Origin: a virus
Lineage: Duplodnaviria; Caudoviricetes
Reading direction: 5' to 3' (one strand)
Virus record (IMG/VR): IMGVR_UViG_3300035675_000001
DNA: 64,000 bases
The notes under the pieces were generated by a model. The model saw only the letters and a list, made by a program, of their open reading frames with translations, was not told where the DNA came from and did not search any database. This document shows, one piece after another, positions 37,160 to 45,171 of this stretch (positions are counted from its first letter, which is position 1; each line of letters begins with the position of its first letter). Both the position numbers and the translations under genes were made by a program.

Positions 37160-37525
37160 TTAAGTAGCGCCCTTGCCGAGCGCCAACAGTATCGCTGCAT
37201 CTACGTCACGATGCGGGTCAAACCAGTCTGACCCACGCCGAAGCAAGCTCAGCAAGGCCATAGATTCCGCATCTGACTTAATTACGAGCTTCCCCTCCTG
37301 GATGCTGACCTCCAAATTTTTGGCCAGTTTTCTGAGCTTCGGCTCCATATCCGTTATGCGCTGAGCCAGATCAGGGACCGGCTTGAGCTTGGCGTCCTGG
37401 TTGAACCAGACCATAAACCTTTCCACCACCGCATCCTGCTTTTTGGTAGTAATTGTAAACAATTTATCTTGGAGTGCCCCTCGGACAGCATCCATGAACA
37501 CCCCCTCTTTTCGGCCAACGATCAT
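37160..37525 (-). CDS. Hypothetical protein
   Basis: ATGA-coupled to upstream neck gene. Confidence 0.65.
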   Translation of the reverse strand: MIVGRKEGVFMDAVRGALQDKLFTITTKKQDAVVERFMVWFNQDAKLKPVPDLAQRITDMEPKLRKLAKNLEVSIQEGKLVIKSDAESMALLSLLRRGSDWFDPHRDVDAAILLALGKGAT

Positions 37526-38172
37526 GGCCAGTTATGGGGGATGTTGGTGGGACCGGACGGTGTTGGGCCAGGCCAGTCTTCCAGCGGCTTGGCGAACCCC
37601 GGCTGCTCCGCAGGCACCGTGACCCCCACGTTGGTCACCGGGCGAGCGTCGCCATCGGGGGCGATCACGGCTTCGCAGGTCATGCCCAGCCAGACGTTGG
37701 TCTGGAGCCAGTAGGTGCTGGGGTCGAGCACCGGATTGATAATCATGAGCCGGTAGCCGTTGTAGTAGATCAGGTCACCCCGCAGGGGGAAATAGTCGAG
37801 CCGGATGTTGTCCTGCGCCTGCTCCCTGCCGTCCATAAGTGTTCCTGGCGGAGTGATATGCAGGTTGGCGATCCAAAATCGAAAGTGCTGCTTGGGGGTA
37901 ATGCCCAGCTTGGTCATGGCCCAGTTCGGCTTGTCGAACGTGACGATGGCCGGAATGTCCAGGGTCCGCTTGAACACAACCCGTTCTGTGGTCGGCATGT
38001 GCCAAAGCGGGTCCACTGCCTCCTCGCTTCGATCAACCTCGAAGAACTTCGGGTAAGGCTTGGGCGAATTTGTTCTCACGTATTCGGCGTGAATCTTGAG
38101 CGCGGTCACCGTGTCTGACCGATTCCAGACCTCGCCGTCGTAGAGAAACTCTTTCCGCTCGTTATACCGCAT
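37522..38172 (-). CDS. Head-tail joining / neck protein (gp14-like)
   Basis: TLDIPAIV..LGIT..F.FWI..FPLRGDLIYYNGYRLMI; ATG 38172 (MRYNERK). Confidence 0.6.
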   Translation of the reverse strand: MRYNERKEFLYDGEVWNRSDTVTALKIHAEYVRTNSPKPYPKFFEVDRSEEAVDPLWHMPTTERVVFKRTLDIPAIVTFDKPNWAMTKLGITPKQHFRFWIANLHITPPGTLMDGREQAQDNIRLDYFPLRGDLIYYNGYRLMIINPVLDPSTYWLQTNVWLGMTCEAVIAPDGDARPVTNVGVTVPAEQPGFAKPLEDWPGPTPSGPTNIPHNWP

Positions 38173-38176
38173 ACCG

Positions 38177-38182
38177 TAACTA
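38177..38182. promoter_or_regulatory. Shared TAGTTA/TAACTA element between divergent genes
   Basis: 4 nt from ATG 38172 (-), 2 nt from ATG 38185 (+). Confidence 0.55.
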
Positions 38183-38184
38183 TC

Positions 38185-38487
38185 ATGATGAAGCGACCCG
38201 CTGAACTGATACAACTGCTCGACGAACTAAAGGGCGAGGCCCCGGAATCCGCCGTGGTTGTTCAAGCCGACAGCCGCCTCGTAGTCGTAATCGACGATAC
38301 CGAGGTCCGCTACGAGTTCACCGGGCCGGAAGCGAAACTTCTTCTGGCCAGCCGGGACACTGTGGAGCGACTGTTTGAGGCCCTGGACTACCCGGAGGAA
38401 ACTTTCGTTGAACTCCAAAACCTGACGATTGATGAGGATGTGATGGCTGAACTGGAGAGCTACGCCTCAACCGTCGATGAAATGTAA
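38185..38487 (+). CDS. Acidic hypothetical protein
   Basis: 100-aa ORF. Confidence 0.65.
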   Translation: MMKRPAELIQLLDELKGEAPESAVVVQADSRLVVVIDDTEVRYEFTGPEAKLLLASRDTVERLFEALDYPEETFVELQNLTIDEDVMAELESYASTVDEM

Positions 38488-38495
38488 ACAAAACT

Positions 38496-39839
38496 GTGGC
38501 TGACCAAGCAGGCAATACAAATCTGGAAGGTCGAGCTGTCGTGGAGCTTGAGCTGCGGCTCCCGAACAGCAAGATCATCCCGTTCAGCAAGGTCAACATC
38601 GTCCACGACAGGACGATCCTCACGGAGACCTTGAAAGCCCCATCGACCCATGAAGTGTGGGTCCAGGCCCCGACGACCGACTACGTGGACAACCTGATCC
38701 GGTTTGCTCAGTCCCAGGGCACACCCAAGATTCGCTACCGGATCGGTGTAGGGTTGCCTGGCCAGATGGCTTACCTGCCCTGGCAAGACGCGATCATCAC
38801 GGACCTCTCTGCCGCCATTGACGGCATCGGCAAGAGCACGGGCCACTTCGTTCGGCTGACTCTGAGCGATTATTTGTTTACAATGACGCGCCGGACAAAG
38901 GTCGTCACCCGCAAAGGCAAGATCAGCGCCATCGTCGCTCAGATCGCCAAAGAGAATGGCATCACCAACACCGTCATCGAGGAGACCACCGGCGAGGGCA
39001 TGTGGGTGCAAAGTTTTGTTGACGATTTTGACTTCCTCCTGAACCGGATGGTGCCGCGTGCGATCAACAGCAAAGGCCGTGGCAACTACGGCCTTTACGT
39101 CCAGGACAACACGCTCCACTTTCACTCGCCCGACTACCAGGCGAACCTCAAGGAGCTGGTTTACTACCAGGTCAACAACATCGGGCTGACGCAGCTTGAT
39201 GAAAGCCAGCACATGCTCGAATACGGAGCCTCTGGCGTTCGCGTGGTCGTTTACGACCCCTACACCAGTCAAATACGGGAAGTCGCGTCTGACGCAACCA
39301 AGGCGCTCAAGCTGGGCAACGTCATGCACCAGTTGGTGAACGTGAAGGGGGCCGACCTCAACGTCCCGTTTCACCTGAGCACCAACGCGCCCCAGGAGGC
39401 GGAGAACATGGCCCAGGCCATGTATGAAAACGCCAGGTCACAAATCTTGGGCATCAAGGTGGACGTGGCCCGCTCGATCTTCCTGCGTGTCGGCGACATC
39501 GTTCGCATCATCATCAGCCCGTCATCCGACAAGGCCACGGTGTGGTCCGGCACCTACCTGGTGACCAATGCCTGCTACACCATTGAGAGCGGAGCGATGA
39601 TGTCATCCTTCGTCGTGAAGCGCGGCGAGTTCCAGACCAACAGCACGACGCCGCAGTCTATCGCAGTTCTTGGAAGCACCGTCATCATCAGCGATCAGGA
39701 AGCTCCCGGACAGGCGCTCAACCTCAAGACAACACAAAGCTCCGGGCTTACGCACGGAGCTGGTCAATCTGCTTTTACCTCTGTCTTTACGCAGACTCAG
39801 AACGCAAACACGCTTCCGAGTCCGCTCAAGAACTACTAG
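38496..39839 (+). CDS. Baseplate hub protein (gp27/GpD-like)
   Basis: ISAIVAQIAKENG..WVQSFVDDFDFL..YVQDNTLHF..LRVGDIV..SGTYLVT. Confidence 0.7.
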   Translation: MADQAGNTNLEGRAVVELELRLPNSKIIPFSKVNIVHDRTILTETLKAPSTHEVWVQAPTTDYVDNLIRFAQSQGTPKIRYRIGVGLPGQMAYLPWQDAIITDLSAAIDGIGKSTGHFVRLTLSDYLFTMTRRTKVVTRKGKISAIVAQIAKENGITNTVIEETTGEGMWVQSFVDDFDFLLNRMVPRAINSKGRGNYGLYVQDNTLHFHSPDYQANLKELVYYQVNNIGLTQLDESQHMLEYGASGVRVVVYDPYTSQIREVASDATKALKLGNVMHQLVNVKGADLNVPFHLSTNAPQEAENMAQAMYENARSQILGIKVDVARSIFLRVGDIVRIIISPSSDKATVWSGTYLVTNACYTIESGAMMSSFVVKRGEFQTNSTTPQSIAVLGSTVIISDQEAPGQALNLKTTQSSGLTHGAGQSAFTSVFTQTQNANTLPSPLKNY

Positions 39840-40330
39840 GAGGTCGGGAATGGGGCAGGCACCACAACGCCGGGACCGGCGTGGTAGCTCTTGCTCCAAA
39901 GGTCCGGGCACCCAAAGGTGTCAGTGCGGCTCATCGCCATCTGCTCCCACTTCAAGCGGGAATCCACCTGGGCGCGGATATTGCCGCCGCCGCCGACGCA
40001 CTTGATCTCGATAAACGGCGCGTTGATGTAGAAGTCAACGACGCGCTTGCCGAGAGGCGCGATAGCATACTGGGGCGTAATGGACGAACGGGTGCCGGAA
40101 GGACCGTCATCCGGGGTCTGCTGGACCTGGAAATAGACAGTGGTGCCGTTGCTGACGTTTTCGATGGTCAGGTGGACCTTGCTGTCTTCCAGGTCGATGC
40201 CCGCGTAGTTGGTGCCGAAAGAGTAGTCAGCGACTCGCAGCCGACTGCCGACGTAACCCGAAACCATCGGGCACATCACCCAAGTCGTGCGAATCAACGG
40301 TTCAACGTATGCGCCTGGTTCCATAATCAC
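39836..40330 (-). CDS. Putative virion beta-sandwich protein
   Basis: HLTIENVSNGTTVYFQVQQ; ATGA-coupled. Confidence 0.6.
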   Translation of the reverse strand: MIMEPGAYVEPLIRTTWVMCPMVSGYVGSRLRVADYSFGTNYAGIDLEDSKVHLTIENVSNGTTVYFQVQQTPDDGPSGTRSSITPQYAIAPLGKRVVDFYINAPFIEIKCVGGGGNIRAQVDSRLKWEQMAMSRTDTFGCPDLWSKSYHAGPGVVVPAPFPTS

Positions 40331-41799
40331 TCAGCTCCGGTTGCGACGGGCATGGGACGCTTGCCCGGCCTAAATTCCTCGTCACCAGCCAGGTCTTCCT
40401 CGCCGCCTTCGCCTGGCTCCAGCTCCTCTCCTTCTTCGGGGAGTTCCGGCGCTTCGCCGCCCTCGGCAGCCTCGGCGGCAGCCAGATCGGCGAGCAGGTC
40501 ACGGATTTCACGAAGTAGGCCCAGGGCCACATTATCCTGGGTGGACGCGCCGACCGCGCTATCCGATACCGGTGGTTCCACCGGCATGTCAGCGCCAGAA
40601 GGCGGGGGCATCTCGCCCACATCGTCCAAACCGCCCAGCTCGTCACCCATCTCGACCACGAGCCTGCGGGCGTTCTCTACGACTTTGGCTTCTTGCAGTG
40701 TCAGCAGCGTTTTCATGTTCGTCATACTATCTACTCCTTCTGTCTTGAGGAACCTGTTGCCGAGAAATTGACGCCGCAGGAGCTTATTCATGGTGCTCGG
40801 TGCGGCCTTCTTTTTCGCTGGCGCGGGTGCCGGTTTCTTGGCTGCCGCAGCCGCTTTGGGCGTGGGCTTAGCCGGTTTTTTCGTTGGTTTCGCCGGGGGT
40901 GCGGGGGCAAATCCCCGCCCACGTTGGCCGGGCGGCGTGGCCAGAGGGGGTGCCGGAGCCTTCGGCGGCTTGGGCGCAGCCGGGGGCTGAGGCGGCATGG
41001 GAGCCTTGCCATACTTGGCTTTGAGTTCCTGCGGCGACAGCGGCTCTTTGTGCCACGGCTCCATTGGGATACCGGGCAATTCAATGGGCGTAGCCACAGC
41101 CAGCTTGTTCGGCAGCTTGTTCTGCTGCTCAGGCGGTAAGCCGATGTTGCGGCGAGCCTTAGCGGCAGCAATGAGCGCATCGCGTTGACGGGCTTTCTGC
41201 ATCTCCGCATCGAAATTCAGCCAGCGTTTGGTCGCCTTCGCGGTGAGCTTATCCAGGCGATCCGTGGGACCGACATCATCCGGGAAACCAGAGAGCAGAC
41301 CGTAAATGAAGTCCCGCGTGGCTAAAATATGTTTACAAAGTCCAGGCAATCCCTGCGGATTGGTCTTCCTGGGTGCTCGCCGGATGCACTGGTTGAGCGA
41401 GTTCTTGCCGATGGGTCCGGCCTTCTTCTGGTGGTTGGCCCAGGCCCAGCGGTAGCGGTAATCCGGGCACATGCAATCGACCTCAACGGGCAACTGCGAG
41501 AGCGGGGTGTTCTTGCCCTTATGGCTGCGCTTGGGCTTGCGGAACCGGACATAGCCACGGTGCCGCAGGCCGGTGGTGGAATGGCCCGGCGCGGACTTGG
41601 CGTTGAAGTAGTAAGAGAAGACCCAGTGGTTGGGAGTCTGGTAAGACTCGACCTCCATCGGGGGGATGCGGACGAAGTGGGACCGGTAGAACCGCTTCGG
41701 CTCCGACATGCGATAGAGCTTGTCGTAGGTCAGGTATTCCTGGAGGAGTTCCAGGCTCTCGACCGCTTCCATCAGCTCTTGAAATCGCATCCCACGCAT
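40327..41799 (-). CDS. SWIM-type zinc-finger protein with P/A/K-rich linker and acidic tail
   Basis: VDCMCPDY...GLCKHILA (C-x-C-xn-C-x-H). Confidence 0.7.
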   Translation of the reverse strand: MRGMRFQELMEAVESLELLQEYLTYDKLYRMSEPKRFYRSHFVRIPPMEVESYQTPNHWVFSYYFNAKSAPGHSTTGLRHRGYVRFRKPKRSHKGKNTPLSQLPVEVDCMCPDYRYRWAWANHQKKAGPIGKNSLNQCIRRAPRKTNPQGLPGLCKHILATRDFIYGLLSGFPDDVGPTDRLDKLTAKATKRWLNFDAEMQKARQRDALIAAAKARRNIGLPPEQQNKLPNKLAVATPIELPGIPMEPWHKEPLSPQELKAKYGKAPMPPQPPAAPKPPKAPAPPLATPPGQRGRGFAPAPPAKPTKKPAKPTPKAAAAAKKPAPAPAKKKAAPSTMNKLLRRQFLGNRFLKTEGVDSMTNMKTLLTLQEAKVVENARRLVVEMGDELGGLDDVGEMPPPSGADMPVEPPVSDSAVGASTQDNVALGLLREIRDLLADLAAAEAAEGGEAPELPEEGEELEPGEGGEEDLAGDEEFRPGKRPMPVATGAE

Positions 41800-41800
41800 A

Positions 41801-42358
41801 TCAGGTCGTCGGAGGTTTCGTGGACTTGCCCGTCAGGAACGACATCTCCTCCGGCGTGAGGGCGTCGGGGTGCTGCCACTTTTTCTCCGTGGCCTTGCGT
41901 GAAGGTGCTTTGGACGGCTTCTCCGGCCTTTCGCCGTAAATCGTTTCCCTGGCCGGGGCAGGTTGCGGGGTCTTGAACACATCCTCGGCCCACAGCACGG
42001 TGTCATCGGGCATGATCTGCAAAAAAGAGCGAATGCGGTCCTGAAACGCAGGCGGTATCTTCAACCAGTATTTCGGGCTGATGAGGGTCTTGTTGCCCTC
42101 GTGGTCGATCATGGCGATGACCATGCCGTAGTTCCTAACGTATTCATTGACGGCGTGATCCGGGTGCTCATACACCTGCTCCGGGAACTTCTGCCGGGTG
42201 TATTGTTCCAGGGACCGTAGCAGTGCCTCAAAGACGTAGGTTTGACCCACATCCTCGAAGAACGCGCCCGCGTCACCCGTCACACGAGGAAGCCAGAACA
42301 ACCCCCTCGACGACGGTGGGGGAGCCGCTTTCGTTTTCTGTTTTCTACGACCAAGCAT
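41801..42358 (-). CDS. Hypothetical protein
   Basis: ATG 42358 (MLGRRKQK), TAATTA 5 nt upstream. Confidence 0.65.
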   Translation of the reverse strand: MLGRRKQKTKAAPPPSSRGLFWLPRVTGDAGAFFEDVGQTYVFEALLRSLEQYTRQKFPEQVYEHPDHAVNEYVRNYGMVIAMIDHEGNKTLISPKYWLKIPPAFQDRIRSFLQIMPDDTVLWAEDVFKTPQPAPARETIYGERPEKPSKAPSRKATEKKWQHPDALTPEEMSFLTGKSTKPPTT

Positions 42359-42363
42359 CACCC

Positions 42364-42375
42364 TAATTACGTTCT
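42364..42375. promoter_or_regulatory. Abutting divergent motifs TAATTA (-) and CGTTCT (+)
   Basis: ccc TAATTA CGTTCT ctctggc ATG. Confidence 0.55.
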
Positions 42376-42382
42376 CTCTGGC

Positions 42383-44332
42383 ATGGCTGACCTTCGGATC
42401 AAGCGGATACAACTGAGAAACTGGACGACCGTGCAATCGGCGGACATCAGCTTTCCCGACAAGGGCTTAGTTTTGGTGATTGGATCGAACCTTGCCTCCG
42501 ATGGCAAGCTCCAGAGCGTGGGGTCCGGCAAGACAGCCCTGGGCGAAGCCCTCAGCCGGGCGCTGACGGGCGTGGCCGGGCGGTTCGCCAACCTGGGGCA
42601 CTACGCTTCGGACACGGCCCGCGTGCCCAATACGCTGGTGAAGGTCGAAGCCGAATTGCTCTCAAAACCCTTGACCGTGGAGATGGGCTTCAAGTGCCCG
42701 GAGCTGTCCAAGACCGGCGAGGGCTTGCGCTTCACCTACGACGGCAAAGTGATTCAGCGCGGGCATGTTGACCAAACCCGTGAGGAGCTTTCCCGGACCA
42801 TTCAAGTCACGTCCGAACTCGCAGAATGGACAGTCTTCCTCGACGGCGACAAGCTCAAGTTCAACCGGATGTCCCAGCAGGACTCCGTGAACCTGCTCAT
42901 GACCGCCCTGGCCCAGCCGCCCTGGACCGAATACTTCGAGCGGGCGACCAAGGTGCTCCAGGATGGCCGTCGCCAGGTCGCCCTTGCCAACCAGGCCCTC
43001 CAGAGCGCCAAGATGAAGCTGGAGCGCCTGCAAACAGACCTGGAGGACGCGCAGCAGGATCACAATGACGCCAAGGCCGAGTATGAGCGCCAGGTCGAGG
43101 AGTTGCAGGACCGCATCAAGGAGTTGAAGCGTCAAAATGTAAACGACCGCAACTCCGTGAAGGCGGCTGAGGATGGGATCGCCAAGCTCAAGAAGAAGAT
43201 CAAGCTCCTGGAGGAGCAACACGCGACCGCCGCCAAAGAACTTGACCTCCAGCGCCAGCAGCTCCGAGATCAGCTCGCCCTGCTCGACCAGGAGTGGCAG
43301 CAGGCCGTGGAAACCCGGTCCACACGCGACACGGAGGAGCGCCAGGCGCAGAAACGCCTGGACGCCATGAAGAAGGTGCCGAAGAACTGCCCCACCTGCA
43401 ACAAGCCCTGGGACAAGGCCCACAGCGACGAGGAGATGAAGAAAGCCGAGAAGGCGCTCAACGAGGCGACGCTGAATTACCAGGCAGCCGACCGGGCTTA
43501 CCAGGGGATTAAAACCAAGCGGGAGGGCATCCAGACGCGCATCCGGGAGATTCAGGACCAGATGGACGACGACACGCACCTGGCAGACGCCAAAGAGCTG
43601 GGCGAGCAGGTCACCGGCTACGAGCGGACCATCCGCAGCCTCAACGCGACCATCCAGGCCCGCGAGGTCAAGATCGCCGGGATGGCCAACGGCGTGGACA
43701 ACAGTTTTGTAAACAAAAAATCTGCCATCGTCGAGGAGCGCCAGCGGGCGCTCACGGCGGGCAACAAAGCCGTGGAAACTGCCGCCAGCGACCTGGCCGG
43801 TGAGGAGCAGGTCTTCAAGGTGCTCGAATACTGGCACAAGGCTTTTGGACCCACCGGCATCCCCAACATGGTCCTGGCCGACGCCATCCCGCCGCTCAAC
43901 CGTGTAGCCCAGCGCATCTCGAACATGATGACCGGGGGCACGCTCCAGGTCAGTTACGCAACCAAGCGCGAGTTGGCCACGGGCGACAGCAAAGCCCAGC
44001 TCATCATCAAGGTGGAAAACCGGATCGGCAGCAAGCGCCTGGAAGGCAGTTCCAAGGGCGAGTCGGGCCTGACCAACCTCATCATCGCGGAGAACTTGTC
44101 AGAAATCGGCCAGGTGTCGAACCGCGTCGGTTTCCGCTGGTATGACGAAATCACCAGCGGCCAGGATGCGGTCGTGCGCCGGAGCATTTTCAGCTACCTC
44201 AAGGAAGTGGCCAACAAGATGGGCATTCTGATCTTCGTGGTCGATCACCACGTCGAAGCCTCCAGCTACGCGGACTACGTGCTCGTGGCGGAAAAGACCA
44301 AGAACGAAGGCACGCGCTTTTTCTGGCGCTAA
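42383..44332 (+). CDS. sbcC: SbcC/Rad50-like (T4 gp46-like) ATPase
   Basis: IQLRNW, GSGKT Walker A, CPTC zinc hook, coiled coils, WYDE Walker B, VVDH. Confidence 0.9.
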   Translation: MADLRIKRIQLRNWTTVQSADISFPDKGLVLVIGSNLASDGKLQSVGSGKTALGEALSRALTGVAGRFANLGHYASDTARVPNTLVKVEAELLSKPLTVEMGFKCPELSKTGEGLRFTYDGKVIQRGHVDQTREELSRTIQVTSELAEWTVFLDGDKLKFNRMSQQDSVNLLMTALAQPPWTEYFERATKVLQDGRRQVALANQALQSAKMKLERLQTDLEDAQQDHNDAKAEYERQVEELQDRIKELKRQNVNDRNSVKAAEDGIAKLKKKIKLLEEQHATAAKELDLQRQQLRDQLALLDQEWQQAVETRSTRDTEERQAQKRLDAMKKVPKNCPTCNKPWDKAHSDEEMKKAEKALNEATLNYQAADRAYQGIKTKREGIQTRIREIQDQMDDDTHLADAKELGEQVTGYERTIRSLNATIQAREVKIAGMANGVDNSFVNKKSAIVEERQRALTAGNKAVETAASDLAGEEQVFKVLEYWHKAFGPTGIPNMVLADAIPPLNRVAQRISNMMTGGTLQVSYATKRELATGDSKAQLIIKVENRIGSKRLEGSSKGESGLTNLIIAENLSEIGQVSNRVGFRWYDEITSGQDAVVRRSIFSYLKEVANKMGILIFVVDHHVEASSYADYVLVAEKTKNEGTRFFWR

Positions 44333-45168
44333 GAGGAAGAAAAGCCCTTGTAGTCGCGCTCGGACAGCAGCGTCATTTCCCTGGTGTTGTAGAGCTTCTT
44401 CTTCACGTCGTCGGCGAACGCCTGAACCATCGTCGCGTTCTTGCCCAGCGTGTTGGCAGAGATCGAGAAGTTGTTGCCGTAACCAGGAACGTGGACAAAA
44501 GTAAACTCGAAGTCTCCCGACGTGGGCAGGTTGCAAGAACGGTTGGGACCGCGCAGCCAAGGACCATTCAGCTTCACCCTTACGTCCTTCAAGTAGCCCG
44601 TGCAGACAATGCCAGGCCCACCGCTGTCAACGAAAATCAGTTCCAGGCGCAGTGTCACGGGCGGAGAAAAATCCGCGTCGGTCTGCGGCGTGACGTTGTA
44701 AGGAGAATCGCTGGCCTGGGCACGCGCCGTCTGCGAGCTGGCATCATTGGCTGGAGCAGCGTTTGGATTGGTTTGATTAACCGTGACGTTGATCTTGGTC
44801 GCCTGGCCTGACTTGGAGATGGGCAGCGCCATCGCGTGAAGCAGCGCGGCCAGCTCCAGCAGCGACTTGGCCCCCTTGGGGCAAAACTCCTTGTCGAACG
44901 AGTGGAGCTTGAAAGTAAACGGGATATTGAGCGGATTCGTCCACTTATACTGGTGGATGCCGTCCGGCATGACCTGGCTGTTGACCACCATGTATTCCAC
45001 GCTGCGAGCCAGCTCGATGGCATCCGGCATGGCCGGAAAATTGATGGCCACAAACGAGGACAGACCCGCGAACGGGTCGTAGTTCGTGGTGCGACCGGAC
45101 TCCAGGACGATCAGCCGCCCGCAATACGGGAAGCTTGGTCTTTGGAGTGATGTGGTGGGCGTTGCCAT
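44329..45168 (-). CDS. Baseplate/tube initiator-type protein (gp48-like)
   Basis: Follows tape measure; INFPAMPDAI..YKWTNPLNIPFTFKL..PTSGDFEFTF. Confidence 0.55.
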   Translation of the reverse strand: MATPTTSLQRPSFPYCGRLIVLESGRTTNYDPFAGLSSFVAINFPAMPDAIELARSVEYMVVNSQVMPDGIHQYKWTNPLNIPFTFKLHSFDKEFCPKGAKSLLELAALLHAMALPISKSGQATKINVTVNQTNPNAAPANDASSQTARAQASDSPYNVTPQTDADFSPPVTLRLELIFVDSGGPGIVCTGYLKDVRVKLNGPWLRGPNRSCNLPTSGDFEFTFVHVPGYGNNFSISANTLGKNATMVQAFADDVKKKLYNTREMTLLSERDYKGFSSS

Positions 45169-45171
45169 AGG

